DNA of 64,000 nt, taken from the NCBI RefSeq assembly GCF_001194135.2, contig NC_068984.1, positions 20,007,635-20,071,634 on the forward strand, given 5' to 3'. A program made the translations under genes and the position numbers. The stretch comes from Octopus bimaculoides (Eukaryota). Shown here in pieces: positions 50,407 to 63,149 of the stretch. The first letter of the stretch is position 1. Each line of letters starts with the position of its first letter. A model generated the notes under the pieces. The model was not told the DNA's origin, searched no databases, and was given only the letters and a program-made list of their open reading frames with translations.

Positions 50407-51306
50407 CAAACGTTGAACGGTCTAGCTGTGACGTTTGGTCCCAGAGAAATTTCTCAAAGACTTGTGTATTAAAAGACATATATGGGAAGTTTCCCCGAAA
50501 CAAAATAATACGGCTAGCGACATTATATGTTTGGATATGCATTATAAATGTTTTACACAATTCGTTTTATAAATCTAATATTGTTTGTTTCAAGTGCGTA
50601 TATTGATTTATCTGTCTACCTAACTAGTAATTGGGGATGAATGAAAATCTCACCTATGATATAACATGTAACTGAGGGATGTAACACTTGGACAAGTGTT
50701 ACATCGTTTACTCTGTTAGTTTGCTCTATTAGTACACTCACATGCATACACACACACACATACATTTTTAGTATAATCACCATCAGAAAAACTGTCCGGA
50801 GGCGGTGTTCCTATAAGTGTTAATCATGTAAAAATTTAGCGTGTGGTACATGTGTATAAAATTAAAGGATTTACACAACACAAAAGCTAAAAAGGTGTAT
50901 CCGGTATCCACAAAGTTGGCTTTTGGCGGAATATCATATTGACTCTTTTGCATTTATATCTACTTAATCTAAAAAAACAAAGCAAGACATAATCTTATTT
51001 AAGAAGATATATTTTCATTGTATTTTGTCTTCTGCCTTATAACACACACGCACGCGTTGTTCACCATGCTTTGAAATGTGAATTCAGCGAATAACAAGAG
51101 ACATTCTCTCTTTACAAACCTATAAAAGAATTAATTATCATTAAAGAATTCATTAATACACGCGAAAGGTGTTTAGAAAAGGAAAGCCGAATAAATAACT
51201 GTAGTCAAATTTAATTACTGTTATCTCAGCGCCTCCTTTCCTTTCAGTCACCGCACTTTCTATTCTCTCTCCTTTTATCTATCTATCTATCTATGTATCT
51301 ACCTAT

Positions 51307-51740
51307 CACTTGAAAAGGAAGGTAAGAATAGAGAGACAGTTTTTGTCTCGTGAAAGTTTCATTAAAAGGTGGGTGAATGTAGCAAAGATGGTGCGTGCGA
51401 GTGACGATACCCCTTTGAGCATGATCCTATAAATCGAGAAAAAATTTTTTTTTTTTTTAAAGAGAGAGAGAGAGAGAGAGAGAGCACTTCGCTCTCATGT
51501 GTCTATTCCCTGCTGAGGTTACCATGGTCTTTTCCGTAAGCTTTTCTCTCCATGGATAAACCTAATGTTACCCCATTTTACACAATTGACATTTTCTGTG
51601 ATATATGATACCCCTTCTTTTTTTTTTTTGCCCCTACCGATCCCTTTTGATCGGATTTTATTATTTTTTTTTAAGAAAAGCTCTACAGTTGTACTTGTCC
51701 CCTCTGTGTGCAGCCCTGTGTGGCTAATAAAAGAAAGTTA
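51307..51740 (+). mobile_element. Tx1-like LINE 3' fragment, copy 3
   Basis: HLKRKVRIER..VLSRESFIKRWVNVAKM plus a 3' UTR homologous to 4317-4770. It is flanked by (TATC)n on both sides. Confidence 0.8.
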
Positions 51741-51883
51741 TCTATCTATCTATCTTTCTTTCTATCTACTTTTCTATGTAACTCTCACGTCTGTATTTCA
51801 GTGCTCTCTGAACTCAGTCCAGTGATTAGACTAGGAAGTGGATCTCTCACCTTTCTTTCTCTACCCATACATACATACATACA

Positions 51884-51954
<71 letters not shown>

Positions 51955-52412
51955 TTCGTCTAATTTGCAGTTAAGATAACGGAAGGGAAACCAGAAATAT
52001 CAATATTAAGCATTGTAATTCTATTCAACCTTCAGGCATATTTCCTTCAACCCAACACACTTTCAGGACGAACAGGGTGGGGTTTTTTTTTTTTTTCACA
52101 CAAGGAAAACAATGGCTGAAATATTTGTGAAATTTGCTTTTGTTCGATATTTCCAAATCAAGTATTTCTGACGATGATGATCATCATCATCATCATGATG
52201 ATCTTGATGATGGTAGTGATGGTGGTGGTGGTGATGGTGATGATAATGTTGTTGTTGTTGTTACTGTTAGCGGTGGTGCAGGTGTCTACGATGTTGTCGC
52301 TGCCGACATCTTCTATTAGGAGTGGCAATAACAAGAGACTCTGCTACTTTTCCATTCCTGTTATTGCCGTTCTGATTCTCTTACATCACATCATGTATTA
52401 TGCACGCATGCA

Positions 52413-52414
<2 letters not shown>

Positions 52415-52511
<97 letters not shown>

Positions 52512-52530
52512 CATACACACACACACACAT
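52415..52530. repeat. (AC)n microsatellite
   Basis: Seen directly in the sequence. Confidence 0.97.
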
Positions 52531-52944
52531 GTGCAAACACATACACAAACATGTTCGTGCGTGCGCTGTGTCTGTATTCTTCGTAATTTTCTTTCATTAC
52601 CAAATGGTGTCACAACATAATGCAGTGTTTCTCATGGGATGGAGCGTGTCTGCTGTGTGGATGGAAGACTGTGAGGACGGGAAAGGGGTCAGACAAACTG
52701 CCATGTTTAATGATGATGATGGTGGTGGTGGTGGTGGTGGTGGTGGTGGTGATGATGATGATAAATAGTAGTATCAAGAAAAGAGAGGAGACACATTTCG
52801 AAGGTTTGCAAATGAGTTAAAGGGTGACTTGCTTACCAGACGATCGACCTTTATTCTCTAAAATAGCTTGTAGACAATAAAGGATTCGCAGAGATAACGA
52901 CAATAGGTTATTCATATCAGTCTTCTTTTATTTCTTCGTGCCAG

Positions 52945-52991
52945 AAAAAAGAGACTTCTTCCAGTATGAGTGGCACTAAAACACAGAATAG
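52945..52991 (+). CDS. Candidate small internal exon (KKETSSSMSGTKTQN)
   Basis: A polypyrimidine tract plus CAG acceptor and a strong G|GTGAGT donor are present. One frame is open, and it is in phase with candidate exon 54171-54196. Confidence 0.25.
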
Positions 52992-53216
52992 GTGAGTTGT
53001 ACGTGTTCTTACAAAGGCTGTGATTATCGATTGAAAATGGACAGTGACGGATATAATGAAAAATAACATAGGTATTTGGATTGTTATCAAAGAATGGGAA
53101 AACAACAAATTCCATTTACAACTTTAATAATACGAACTATGTATAACTAAATACCTTATAGAAATTATTGAACATTGACATCTTTGGATGAGTGTCCTCA
53201 TCTTGGTTGTTAGGGT

Positions 53217-53259
53217 CACAATGTTTCGACCATTGTACTCTCCAGTCACCTTTAGGTGT
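53217..53259 (-). ncRNA. Decayed minimal hammerhead-like motif (Penelope-type end)
   Basis: The reverse complement reads CAC-CTAAAGG-T-GACT-GGAGAGTACAAT-GGTC-GAAA-CAT-T-GTG, with two core changes from CTGAAGA. Confidence 0.5.
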
Positions 53260-54170
53260 CTGTTGAACCGTTATCTTCGTATTATTTATTTCCTTACTTC
53301 TGATGTTACTTTGTCGTTCTGTTTGAAGTCAAGTATATACATTAGCAGTTTAGTTAATAAGCGTGAGTTCAGTTCCTAGATCTTTTATTTTTTTCAGTCT
53401 TAGACTACAGCCATGCTGGAACACCGCCTTGAAGAATCGACCCTAAGATTTTTTTAAAGCCTGGTCCTTATTCTATCAATATAATCGACAATTCCCCTCC
53501 TCAGAATTTTACGCCTATGTTAGAACTCAATATTTCGAATAGTATTTCTGTTGGTAATAATTCTTTATTCAAGTTAAGCATTCTTTGCAGTCTAGCACCT
53601 TCAATTTTTTAAGATGTTTTAATTTTCTGTCTTTCAATATCTTTGACTGAGATTGTGTGTACTTATGAGTGCGTTTATGAATGTAAATGAGAATATATCT
53701 AGTGTATACGTACCTCTATAAAACTGAAAAAATAGAGAGAGTCGCCGTCATTATATTGGATAGAATAGAAAACCAAACACTTTACAACAAAGAGAAACAT
53801 AAGAAAAAACAGACCTATAGTCAAACAAATTTTACCGCTTATACGCGTGACTATTTCTTTAGGCGTGGTCCTTATAACAGCTCTTGATAGATCTTAAGTA
53901 TAAAATCTCGTTGCAAAAGCAATCGTCTTTCAAGTAGGAACAATCAGAGAATATTACAATAGCTTCTTCTTTGAATACTTTCGGCTGTTAGACCACAAAT
54001 TAAACAAGAACGTGAAAGCAGACGACAACTACGAAAGCGGACAAAATACGAAAACTGACAACAATAACAATATTTCTTAGATACAAATATAATACTATTT
54101 CCTCATGTAGGCAATAGATTTTTAGGCATTTTCCTTATTTCCTTATTTCTCTTCTTTATTTGCATTTCAG

Positions 54171-54196
54171 ATTGAAATTAATGAAAGATATGAATA
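54171..54196 (+). CDS. Candidate 26-nt micro-exon (LKLMKDMN)
   Basis: A long pyrimidine tract ends in TGCATTTCAG and the donor is GTACGT. It joins 52945-52991 without a stop. Confidence 0.2.
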
Positions 54197-55702
54197 GTAC
54201 GTGGGCGATATTGCAATTATTTTCTTCCAATTTCAGTTTACTTTTCTCACTCAATATATTCTTTCTTATTGAAATTTCTTAGCAATTGTGGTGGCATTGG
54301 TTTTGTCTTAATTCATTCGGTAAATTAACATTAGGTTGAGCTAACCTATAATCGCAGGTGTTCCAACCATCATAACCACCACATCTTTTTCATGAGTGCG
54401 GCGTATCTAGAACTTTAGTTCCTCTCTTTTCAAAATGTTTCCCTCTTTTCAAGATGGCAAGATATAATTTGAGGAAGAATTAGCTGCTATTTCTACCATG
54501 TTAAACAATCACACAAAGACATCCTCGTTGACTCAATGCGTACTTTTTTGTTAGTTTTAGTTTGTTTTTTTAAATTTTATTATTGTCTTAATCAAAGAAG
54601 GTCGTGTAGCATGCTTCATACCTTTTCAGAGCCTCCAAGTTTGGTAAAAGGGAGGTTGAGAGGAGGTTATACCTGAGGCCAGAGACCTGAGCCGGCATCT
54701 TTTAACAGAATACACTCCACTAAAGGTACCCAAAGACCACGTGATGGTATTAAAACGGATGCTGAATGTTCAAATACACCGAAACATGATGAAAACCACC
54801 ATATTGCTGAAAAAGAAAGAAATAGTAACATATTTAATAGAGAATGGTCATCTTTATTTCAAATTTTATTTGGTCATCTTCCTTTGCAATTTACTTTTTG
54901 TGTCGTTTACTTTCTTTATAATGTCACGATGACATTCTCTGATAGCTTTAACATGAAAAGATAAAGTGATAAAAGATTCATTTTACATAACGATTCAGAA
55001 ATTTCTTTTGATTATACTGCTTGAGAAGACTGTTTGTTGGCGGAGGAGTTTTATTGATTGAAGTCATACAGAGAAGCGAAAAGGGCGTGGAGAAAAGGAA
55101 TAAAAATGCCGGTTCGTCAATTGGATGTTTAAATCTCCTGCAGGTGTTTCACTAAACTGCTGAACACGACGTTCAATTCTACATGGTCTCAGGCCACTTA
55201 CTTGCAGTGAAAAGGTAACAGTCTATTATTAACTGCGTACAAACCATGAGGATTTATTACTACTGGAATTGGAATTAAGCATCGGTACAATGGGATCCAA
55301 GTTATTTCTTTAGTTCTAGAGAATTCAAGGACAACGTTGATCCTTGGAATGATTTGAACCCAGAAAGAGAAAGAGAGGGAGGGAGGGAGAGATGAAGATA
55401 AACATTTACAGAAATGTAGTTATATATTTCTTGACTATCTCATTAGTCTTGTTATATATGGTTTCAAATTTTAGCACAAAGCCAGCAAATTTATGGGGAA
55501 GGTGAGTCGATTACACCGACCCAGGTGCTCAAATGGCCGCAGTCAAAATGTCTGAAACAAGTAAAAGGATAAAAGAATTTTTAAATTTCATTTTATTTTA
55601 TTCTTTCACTTGTTTCAATCATTAGATTGGAGTTATATATATATGTATGTATATATACATACATACATACACATACGTATATGTACATACTTACATCTAT
55701 AC

Positions 55703-55744
<42 letters not shown>

Positions 55745-55978
55745 NNNNNNNNNNNNNNNNNNNNNNNNNNNNNNNNNNNNNNNNNNNNNNNNNNNNNNNN
55801 NNNNNNNNNNNNNNNNNNNNNNNNNNNNNNNNNNNNNNNNNNNNNNNNNNNNNNNNNNNNNNNNNNNNNNNNNNNNNNNNNNNNNNNNNNNNNNNNNNNN
55901 NNNNNNNNNNNNNNNNNNNNNNNNNNNNNNNNNNNNNNNNNNNNNNNNNNNNNNNNNNNNNNNNNNNNNNNNNNNNNN

Positions 55979-56012
<34 letters not shown>

Positions 56013-56417
56013 TATGTGGGCACAGGACGTTACGAAACGTGTACAACAAAAAATACGAAGTACGAGTACATGGAATGTGAAACCGCCTCGGCAGGTTAGG
56101 CAATCAAATCGATACCGGTACTTATTCTAAATCTAACACTTATTCTAACGAGGACGTAAGCAAACAAAAACAGCAGCAGCAGCAACAACAACAACAGCAG
56201 TAGTAGTAGTTGTTGTTGTTGTTGTGGTGTTGGGACAGTTTCGGCGAGAGTAGGTGGTGGTGGTCGCAGTTGGATCGGTCGGTAACCGATGGCGTTACAG
56301 GCCAGCAACAACTAATATATCGTGTAAATAGCTGGTTGTTGAAGAACAATGAATGCGGAAATTAAAACCACGACAACAAAACATCAAAGACATTCTTGCA
56401 ATATGTTCACAAAAGTG

Positions 56418-56419
<2 letters not shown>

Positions 56420-56460
<41 letters not shown>

Positions 56461-56870
56461 TACACACACACATACACACACACACGCACACATACATACA
56501 TACATACATACATACATACATACATACAGACATACAGACATACATACATTCATACACACACACACATAAATATACACATACATACACACATGCATACACA
56601 CACACACACACACCTAAACACACACATACACACACACACACCTAAACACACACATACACACGCACACGCGTACATGCATACAGACACTGAGGCAGACATA
56701 CATACATTCACACACACACACACACAAATATACACACACGCATACACACACGCGCGCACGCACGCACACACACACACACACACACGCACACACGCACACA
56801 AAGACAGACATGCACACGAACGCATACGCACAGAAGCAAGCACTCACATATGCACACACACACACACACG
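56420..56870. repeat. Compound (CA)/(TACA) microsatellite
   Basis: Seen directly in the sequence. Confidence 0.95.
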
Positions 56871-57863
56871 GCTGTTTCAGAAAATAGCGACTGTTTTATT
56901 AATATTTCCATTCCATCCATAAAATATATCCTTTCGACTGAATATTACATATTTATTCATATCATTATGTGTTTAGTTTTATTCATAATTTTCACATTTC
57001 GACTGCTCTTTTTTTCTTATATCATTTCTTGTTAGTATTGTTGTTATTATTAGTATTGACTGTAATCACACTTATTCTTGATATTTTTCTTTTTTTGTTT
57101 ATTTTTAATATACTCGCCAGACGCGAGTCGTATTTCTAATTTTACCTATTGTTGTTTTTCAGCCGAGCCAACCAAGATCGGGCAGATGATGAAATAAATG
57201 CATTCTATCCGTGACTAGCCTGACTTTTCGTCTATCAAGAATTACATCTAATATGGCTTCCCTTTTAAAGGTAACAGTGAAATTTGAGGGATATTTGGCT
57301 AGTATTTTTAGCTGGTTAGTGACCACAAAAAATCTCTCATTGGTTAGTATATATGTCAAATCCTCTTCCCCCTTCCTCCCTCTATCTCGCACCTTCTCCC
57401 CCCCCTCTCTCTCTCTGTTTCAACTCTCTCTACCTCCCCTCTTTCATTTATAATATTGAATGAATAAATCTTTCTGCAAAGATAAAAGTTCTTTAGGCGC
57501 GAAAATATATTCTTTTTTTTTTTGTTTCTTTTTTTATGGTTACTCATGGGTAAACACAAAAGCTAAAGTTAACTTGATATCTCGTTGAGAGAATTGCACA
57601 CATCAATGCACACACACATATACGGATGCATGCAAGCAGGTGCGCGCATGCGTGTGTGTGTGTTGTAGTTTTCGAAGAACGGAAGGACCAGAGTTCAATA
57701 AAGGACTCAATACAGGATATGTGTAAAGAATAATCTTTGGGTTTTTTTGTTTGTTTTTTTTTTCAACTGGTGCGGCTTTACAGCTGCACGAGTGTGGCAA
57801 GTGTTTCAAACCACGATCGTATTTTTTCAAATGTCATTCTCATATTTAAGCTACTGACATATT

Positions 57864-58074
57864 CTTTTCTACTCTAGACACAAGATCCGAAATTTTGGGA
57901 GAGAGGCCCAGTCGATTTGATCAACCCCAGTACGTAACTGGTACTTAATTTATCGACCTCGAAATGATGAAAGGCAAAGTTGACCTCGGCGGAATTTGAA
58001 CTCAGAACGTAAAGACGGACGAAATACTAAGCGTTTCACTCGGCGTGTTAACGTTTCTGCCAGCTCGCCGCCTT
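57864..58074 (-). mobile_element. SINE family C1, full length, with a ~14-bp TSD
   Basis: The flanks are GCTACTGACATATT and GTTACCGACATATT. A second, older C1 copy follows at 58130-58335. Confidence 0.92.
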
Positions 58075-58396
58075 GTTACCGACATATTGAAACAGTTATG
58101 TCACACTATTTTAATGCATGATGAGTATAGGTTTCAAATTTTGGCTCAATGCCAGCAATTTCAAGTGAGGTTTAAGTCGATTATATCAACCGAAGTGCTC
58201 AACTGATACTTATTTTATCGACCCCGAAAGGATGAAAGGCAAAGTCAACCTCGGCGGAATTTCAACGCAGAACGTAAAAACGGACGAAATGCCGCTAAAC
58301 ATTTCGTGGGGTGTACTAACGATTCTACCAGATCACTTTATACGTACATACATACATACATACATACATACATACATACATACATACATACATACA

Positions 58397-58665
58397 TGAT
58401 GGCCGTCCACTTGTGACCAAGGAAGACCGTTGCTGACCTTCAGGAACATTGTGCGCTCTAGGACTAACTTATATTTTGCATTTGCGGCTCCGTTGGTGGC
58501 TAATGAGCCCTTCTCTTGACAAGCATACACGACTGCAAACATTGCAAACCAAGCTTTCCCCATTCACTACACCGGCAGTGTGCTTTCGAGCAGCACGCTT
58601 AAGTTCTTCATGCAGAATACGTGCTCTCTCAAAAGTGTCGACCCCCTCCTTAACCTGCTTCCCAC
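58397..58665 (-). mobile_element. RTE-clade LINE 3' end with an (ATGT)n tail
   Basis: The reverse complement translates to KQVKEGVDTFERARILHEELKRAARK...LVCNVCSRVCLSREGLISHQRSRKCKI*. The (TACA)n at 58345-58396 is its tail. Confidence 0.88.
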
Positions 58666-58676
58666 ATAAATAATGC

Positions 58677-58709
<33 letters not shown>

Positions 58710-59260
58710 TGCTTGCTTGGATTTTAAAGGAAAAAAATCGCGCATTACAAATACAATATGTAAACAGAAAACAATCTGTAAGCGAAACAGTAAAACAATG
58801 CAAGACTTTTCTCAGGTTTAAAATAAGACATTGTTTTCGTTATCTACATTCCAAAGATGGAGCTTTGTATCTTTGTCGGAAACCAGCTCCTTTTTCTAAG
58901 AAAGAATTTAAATGATTAAAAACAGACATACATATATTGTTTGTTTGTTTGTTTGTTTGTTTGGATGGATGGATGGATGGATGGATGGATGGATGGATTT
59001 GTGCGTTTGTGTTTGCGTATGTACGTATATATTTCATGCATGTGCGTGTATGTACGTATATATTTCAAATATCGTATACATATAGAATATTGAGTCCCTA
59101 CAAACGGTTAACTTTGACATCAGGCTAAAGCGAGTACGTTTTATCGAGGGGGAACATGTAAACAGACATCATCACATCCATAATGTGATGATCTTTTTAG
59201 CAGGTTGAGTGACCAGATGAAGGTTGCTACAATTGATTTTTATTAGTTGGTAACATTGTC

Positions 59261-59362
59261 GCTTATGGCCATATCACGCTGAATGCATCGGTTCTTGTCC
59301 GATCATCGAGACTAGTGAGTACTTAGATGTGTGACCGCTTGGGAAACCTAGGTGCTGTAAGC
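59261..59362 (+). pseudogene. 5S rRNA pseudogene with an internal deletion of roughly 18 nt
   Basis: GCTTATGGCCATATCACGCTGAATGCATCGGTTCTTGTCCGATCATCGAG...TAGTGAGTACTTAGATGTGTGACCGCTTGGGAAACCTAGGTGCTGTAAGC follows the metazoan 5S consensus. The box A region is missing, and a T7 run lies 8 nt downstream. Confidence 0.9.
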
Positions 59363-59377
59363 ATCTCACATTTTTTT

Positions 59378-59590
59378 AAGGTGGCGTGCAAGCAGAATCG
59401 TTTGCTTGCGGAGCAAAATGCTTAGCAACATCTCGTCTGTCTTTGGGTTCTGAGTTCAAATTCCACATAGGTCGACTTTACCTTTTATCCTTTCGGGGTC
59501 GATAAAATATGTACCAGTTGAGTATTGGGGTTGATTTAATCGACTTATTCCCTTCCCCGGAATTATTGGCCTTGTGCCAAAATTTGAAAC
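59378..59590 (+). mobile_element. SINE family C1
   Basis: AAGGTGGCG..GCAGAATCGTT...GAGTTCAAATTCC...GGCCTTGTGCCAAAATTTGAAAC. Confidence 0.85.
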
Positions 59591-60399
59591 CGTTATTGTT
59601 GTTACTTAGTCCAAGGCTAATTCCTAATCGAATAAATCTATGCTCAAACGTCGTGGTCCTCCAGTAATTCTTTCTTTTGTTTTACAGATTTAGTGTTTCA
59701 TAGAGCTGTAAGTACATAGCCTAGTGGTTAAGGTACTGGGCCCACGGTCATGGATTCATGAGTACGATTCTTAGACCGCGTGGTACGTTGAATCCTTGTG
59801 CAAGGCACTTTATTTCACGTTGCTCATGTCTATTCAGCCTTCTTCCTTCCTGTAGTTACATCTTCGATATTCTGCTGAGTCACGTTTGTGATGGTCGAGA
59901 GGATGCCGGTGTTTACTCACAACTACTTAGGCACCTGAAGCAATTAGCAAAAGCATAGTACATGCTACGAGAGCATACTTGCCTGCGAATGATGGTTTGT
60001 TTTACCCAAGGACATATCCAATATGTTGTTTCGTTTTTAACCCATTACCTACCTGTGATCTCATATGAGATCACTTAAAAATTACAAATTTCGTAATTAT
60101 CTGTCAATATTTACACATATCTAACCTTTTTACTATATGTATTAGGTATATTTCTCTGATATTCAAATGAGGTTTGCTAATTTTTCACCCAATATCTCGC
60201 TTATTTCTATTTAAAATGTTATTTTGAAATGTTATTTTGAAATGTTAGAGTGTAATTCAAGAAAGATGTGGTTATAATTTCCACACGACCGCGTGGCTCT
60301 CCAATCAATTTTTTCGGGGACTACATTGTCTCCGTTTTTAAGTATATAAGGTATGAGAGTATTGTAGTTCGCTTGAAGCATTGTGTATTGTTTGTAACG

Positions 60400-60696
60400 A
60401 ATAAAAAGTTTAGAATGGTACAACAATGCACTATAATACAAAAAATGGACTATATACCTGTTGTAATTTGGTTGTCTATAGTCCGATGATGTTTCGGAAT
60501 TACAATTCCTTCTTCAGATATTCTTAAATGTAGTCTCTGCTTTTAACATTTTATAGCAGAGACTTCATCTAAGAATATCTGAAGAAGGAATTGTAATTCC
60601 GAAATATCATCGGACTATAGATAACTAAATTACAACAGGTATACAGTCCATTTTTTGTATTATTGTGCATTGTTGTACCATCTTAAACTTTTTATT
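60400..60696. repeat. About 300-bp near-perfect hairpin formed by an inverted duplication of a Penelope-like end; each arm carries a hammerhead-like motif
   Basis: The arms are 60400-60541 and 60555-60696 with a 13-nt loop. The motif CTGAAGA-A-GGAATT-GT-AATTCC-GAAA-(C/T)AT-C lies at 60577-60610 (+) and 60486-60519 (-). Confidence 0.9.
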
Positions 60697-61034
60697 ATAT
60701 AAGGTATGATTTCAGGGAGACTTAATTGCAATTTCTATCAAGTGAAACGACTAATTAGAGACTTTCTTCTTTAATGTAGGATCGTTTCTGAAATACGTAT
60801 AACAACCGTCACTGGTTCATTATTAATGATACTGGAATAATGAAATTAAACGGAACAATGTCAAATAAATCAGTTAGGTTGATCGATAATCGTGGAGGAG
60901 ATAGGAAATTGATTGATTTTTCTCTCTCTGTCAATCCTGCAGTGATTCACATTAATAAAGCCATTATTACTGTAGTTATAACAGTAATTATTGGTATTGA
61001 TCATTGGCGAGAGTAGGAATCATCGCAAATCACC

Positions 61035-61402
61035 GATGGCTGTGTGGTGAAGAAGATCGCTTTGCAGCTATGTGGTTCTGGGTTTGATCCCATTGTGAAG
61101 GAAATTTCATAAAAGGAAATTATGTGGAATCTTGCCAAGTGTGTTTGTGTGTGTGTGTTTCGCCAGTGTATATCTGCGAATCATCGGTGAGAAAATTAGG
61201 GGAAGATTGCAGTGCTCTTTTGATGAAGTTCTTTATTCTTTTATTTTTTGTGGCCATGCTGGAGCACCGCCTTTTAGTCGAAGAAATCGGCCTCTGGACT
61301 TATTCTTTGTAACCCTGGTACTTATTCTATCGGTCTTTTTTGCCAAACCGCTAAGTTATAGGGATGTAAACACACCGAGATCGGTTATCAAGCGGTGGTG
61401 GG
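61035..61402. mobile_element. SINE family B fragments (+ head 61035-61100; - 3' half 61225-61402)
   Basis: Motif matches to 44176-44645. Confidence 0.8.
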
Positions 61403-62165
61403 GGGAATTTTTTCTTTCCTAATTTTTTCATTCATAATTTTTTCCATTCATAATTTTTTCATTCATATTTTTTATTATTACGTTTGTAGAAATAAATAAT
61501 CTTATATTTTTCTATTATTCAATTGATCTTTAATCATAATTAAATAAACGTCTTTAGCTTTAAATAGTATAGCTTTAACTATTACACCGGTTATATATGT
61601 ACTAATTTTATCTTCATTATTATTTTAAACTTAAACTTCGTTCAACTTGTATTTAAAACAATGATAATTTAAAACAATGATAATTTAGGTAAGATNNNNN
61701 NNNNNNNNNNNNNNNNNNNNNNNNNNNNNNNNNNNNNNNNNNNNNNNNNNNNNNNNNNNNNNNNNNNNNNNNNNNNNNNNNNNNNNNNNNNNNNNNNNNN
61801 NNNNNNNNNNNNNNNNNNNNNNNNNNNNNNNNNNNNNNNNNNNNNNNNNNNNNNNNNNNNNNNNNNNNNNNNNNNNNNNNNNNNNNNNNNNNNNNNNNNN
61901 NNNNNNNNNNNNNNNNNNNNNNNNNNNNNNNNNNNNNNNTGTGCTTTTAATTATTAATTTTTCTATATGTGATAGTGGATTTTCATCGATGAGTTCTTGA
62001 AAATTGGTTATTTTCCCTAAAACTATATATATTTTATATATACTTTATCTATAAGGCTCAATTTAATTTTAATTTTTTATAAATTGATTTTAATTGAGTT
62101 TTTTACTTGTAATTTTGGATTTTGTCCCTAATAATATTATTATATATATATATATAAATATATAT

Positions 62166-62298
62166 ATGCGACAGGCTTCTTTCAGTTTCCATCTACCAAA
62201 TCCACTCACAAGGCTTTGCTCGGCCCGAAGCTATAGTAGACGACACTTGCCTAAGGTGCTACGCAGTGGAACAGAACCCGGACCCATGTGGTTGGGAA
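62166..62298 (-). mobile_element. SINE family B, 5' part
   Basis: Matches 8200-8330. Confidence 0.88.
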
Positions 62299-62480
62299 TA
62301 TAAATCTGAACGCAACTTAAACTTTTACTCTAAAACCTAATAAACCTAATATTTCGTCGAAAAAGGCCCTAGTCATAGAATGCGAAGACACAAAGAGATT
62401 CGTCTTAGTATGTCAGCAATTCGTAATCGTATGACAGAATAATGCCGTGTGTGAATGAAGTGTGGAGATAGTAAAGTTGG

Positions 62481-63064
62481 TATCTTTTTTAAAACGGGGG
62501 CCACATTTTTCATTAACGAAACACTTTGAAACTTGGAACACTGGTAGAATGTGTCATATAAAACATCTTTTTCTCTTAGTCTTCTTAAAAAAATCCATAA
62601 GTTATTCCATGTTAAAGTTGTCGTATTTCTGTAATTTCAACCATCACTGACGTCCATTCAGCCGATATACATTAAGTGCCGACTACATAAACAAACGATT
62701 CTGAAACAATTCTATCGGTGTTAGGGTTAGGGTAAAACAGCAAATTTAAAAAGAAAAAAGAAAATAAAACGAAGAAGAAAAAAAGAAAATGAAAAAAGCA
62801 AATTTAAAATGAAAAAAGCAAATAAAACGAAGCTATGGCTTAATCAGCCAAAGGAGTAAATGTAAACAACTGAATACTTGTCAGTGATTGGTTGAAATTA
62901 TCGAAATAAGACAATTTTTTACATGAAATAAATTCGAATACAAAAATATTTTTCTGTTCTATAACACAAAATAGATAAGTATACGAAGTTTGAAAGTCTT
63001 TCCGTACCAAAAACACTACGTAAAACATTAATGAAAAATGTGGCCCCCGTTTTAAAATAGATCT
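62481..63064. mobile_element. Non-autonomous DNA element with ~190-bp imperfect TIRs
   Basis: TTTTAAAACGGGGGCCACATTTTTCATTAA at the left end is mirrored at the right end. Pairing extends to TAATTTCAACCA(A)TCACTGAC, and the centre contains GTTAGGGTTAGGG. Confidence 0.82.
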
Positions 63065-63149
63065 TAAAGTCGTATTTGGAAGAGATCTTTGTATGTTCAG
63101 ATAGTAATCAACCGTGTTTGTGAAGCGCAGATAAAATGGTTGCTGATGA

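Noticed and set aside
56050-56110. KIRSTSTWNVK peptide resembling the start of a LINE AP endonuclease
   Set aside because: The match is too short and does not continue.
57163-57270. Apparent exon with TTTTCAG acceptor and AAG|GTAACA donor
   Set aside because: All three frames hit stops, and the sequence is a copy of repeat family F.
62722-62735. TTAGGG repeats as an interstitial telomere
   Set aside because: Only two units are present, inside a TIR element.
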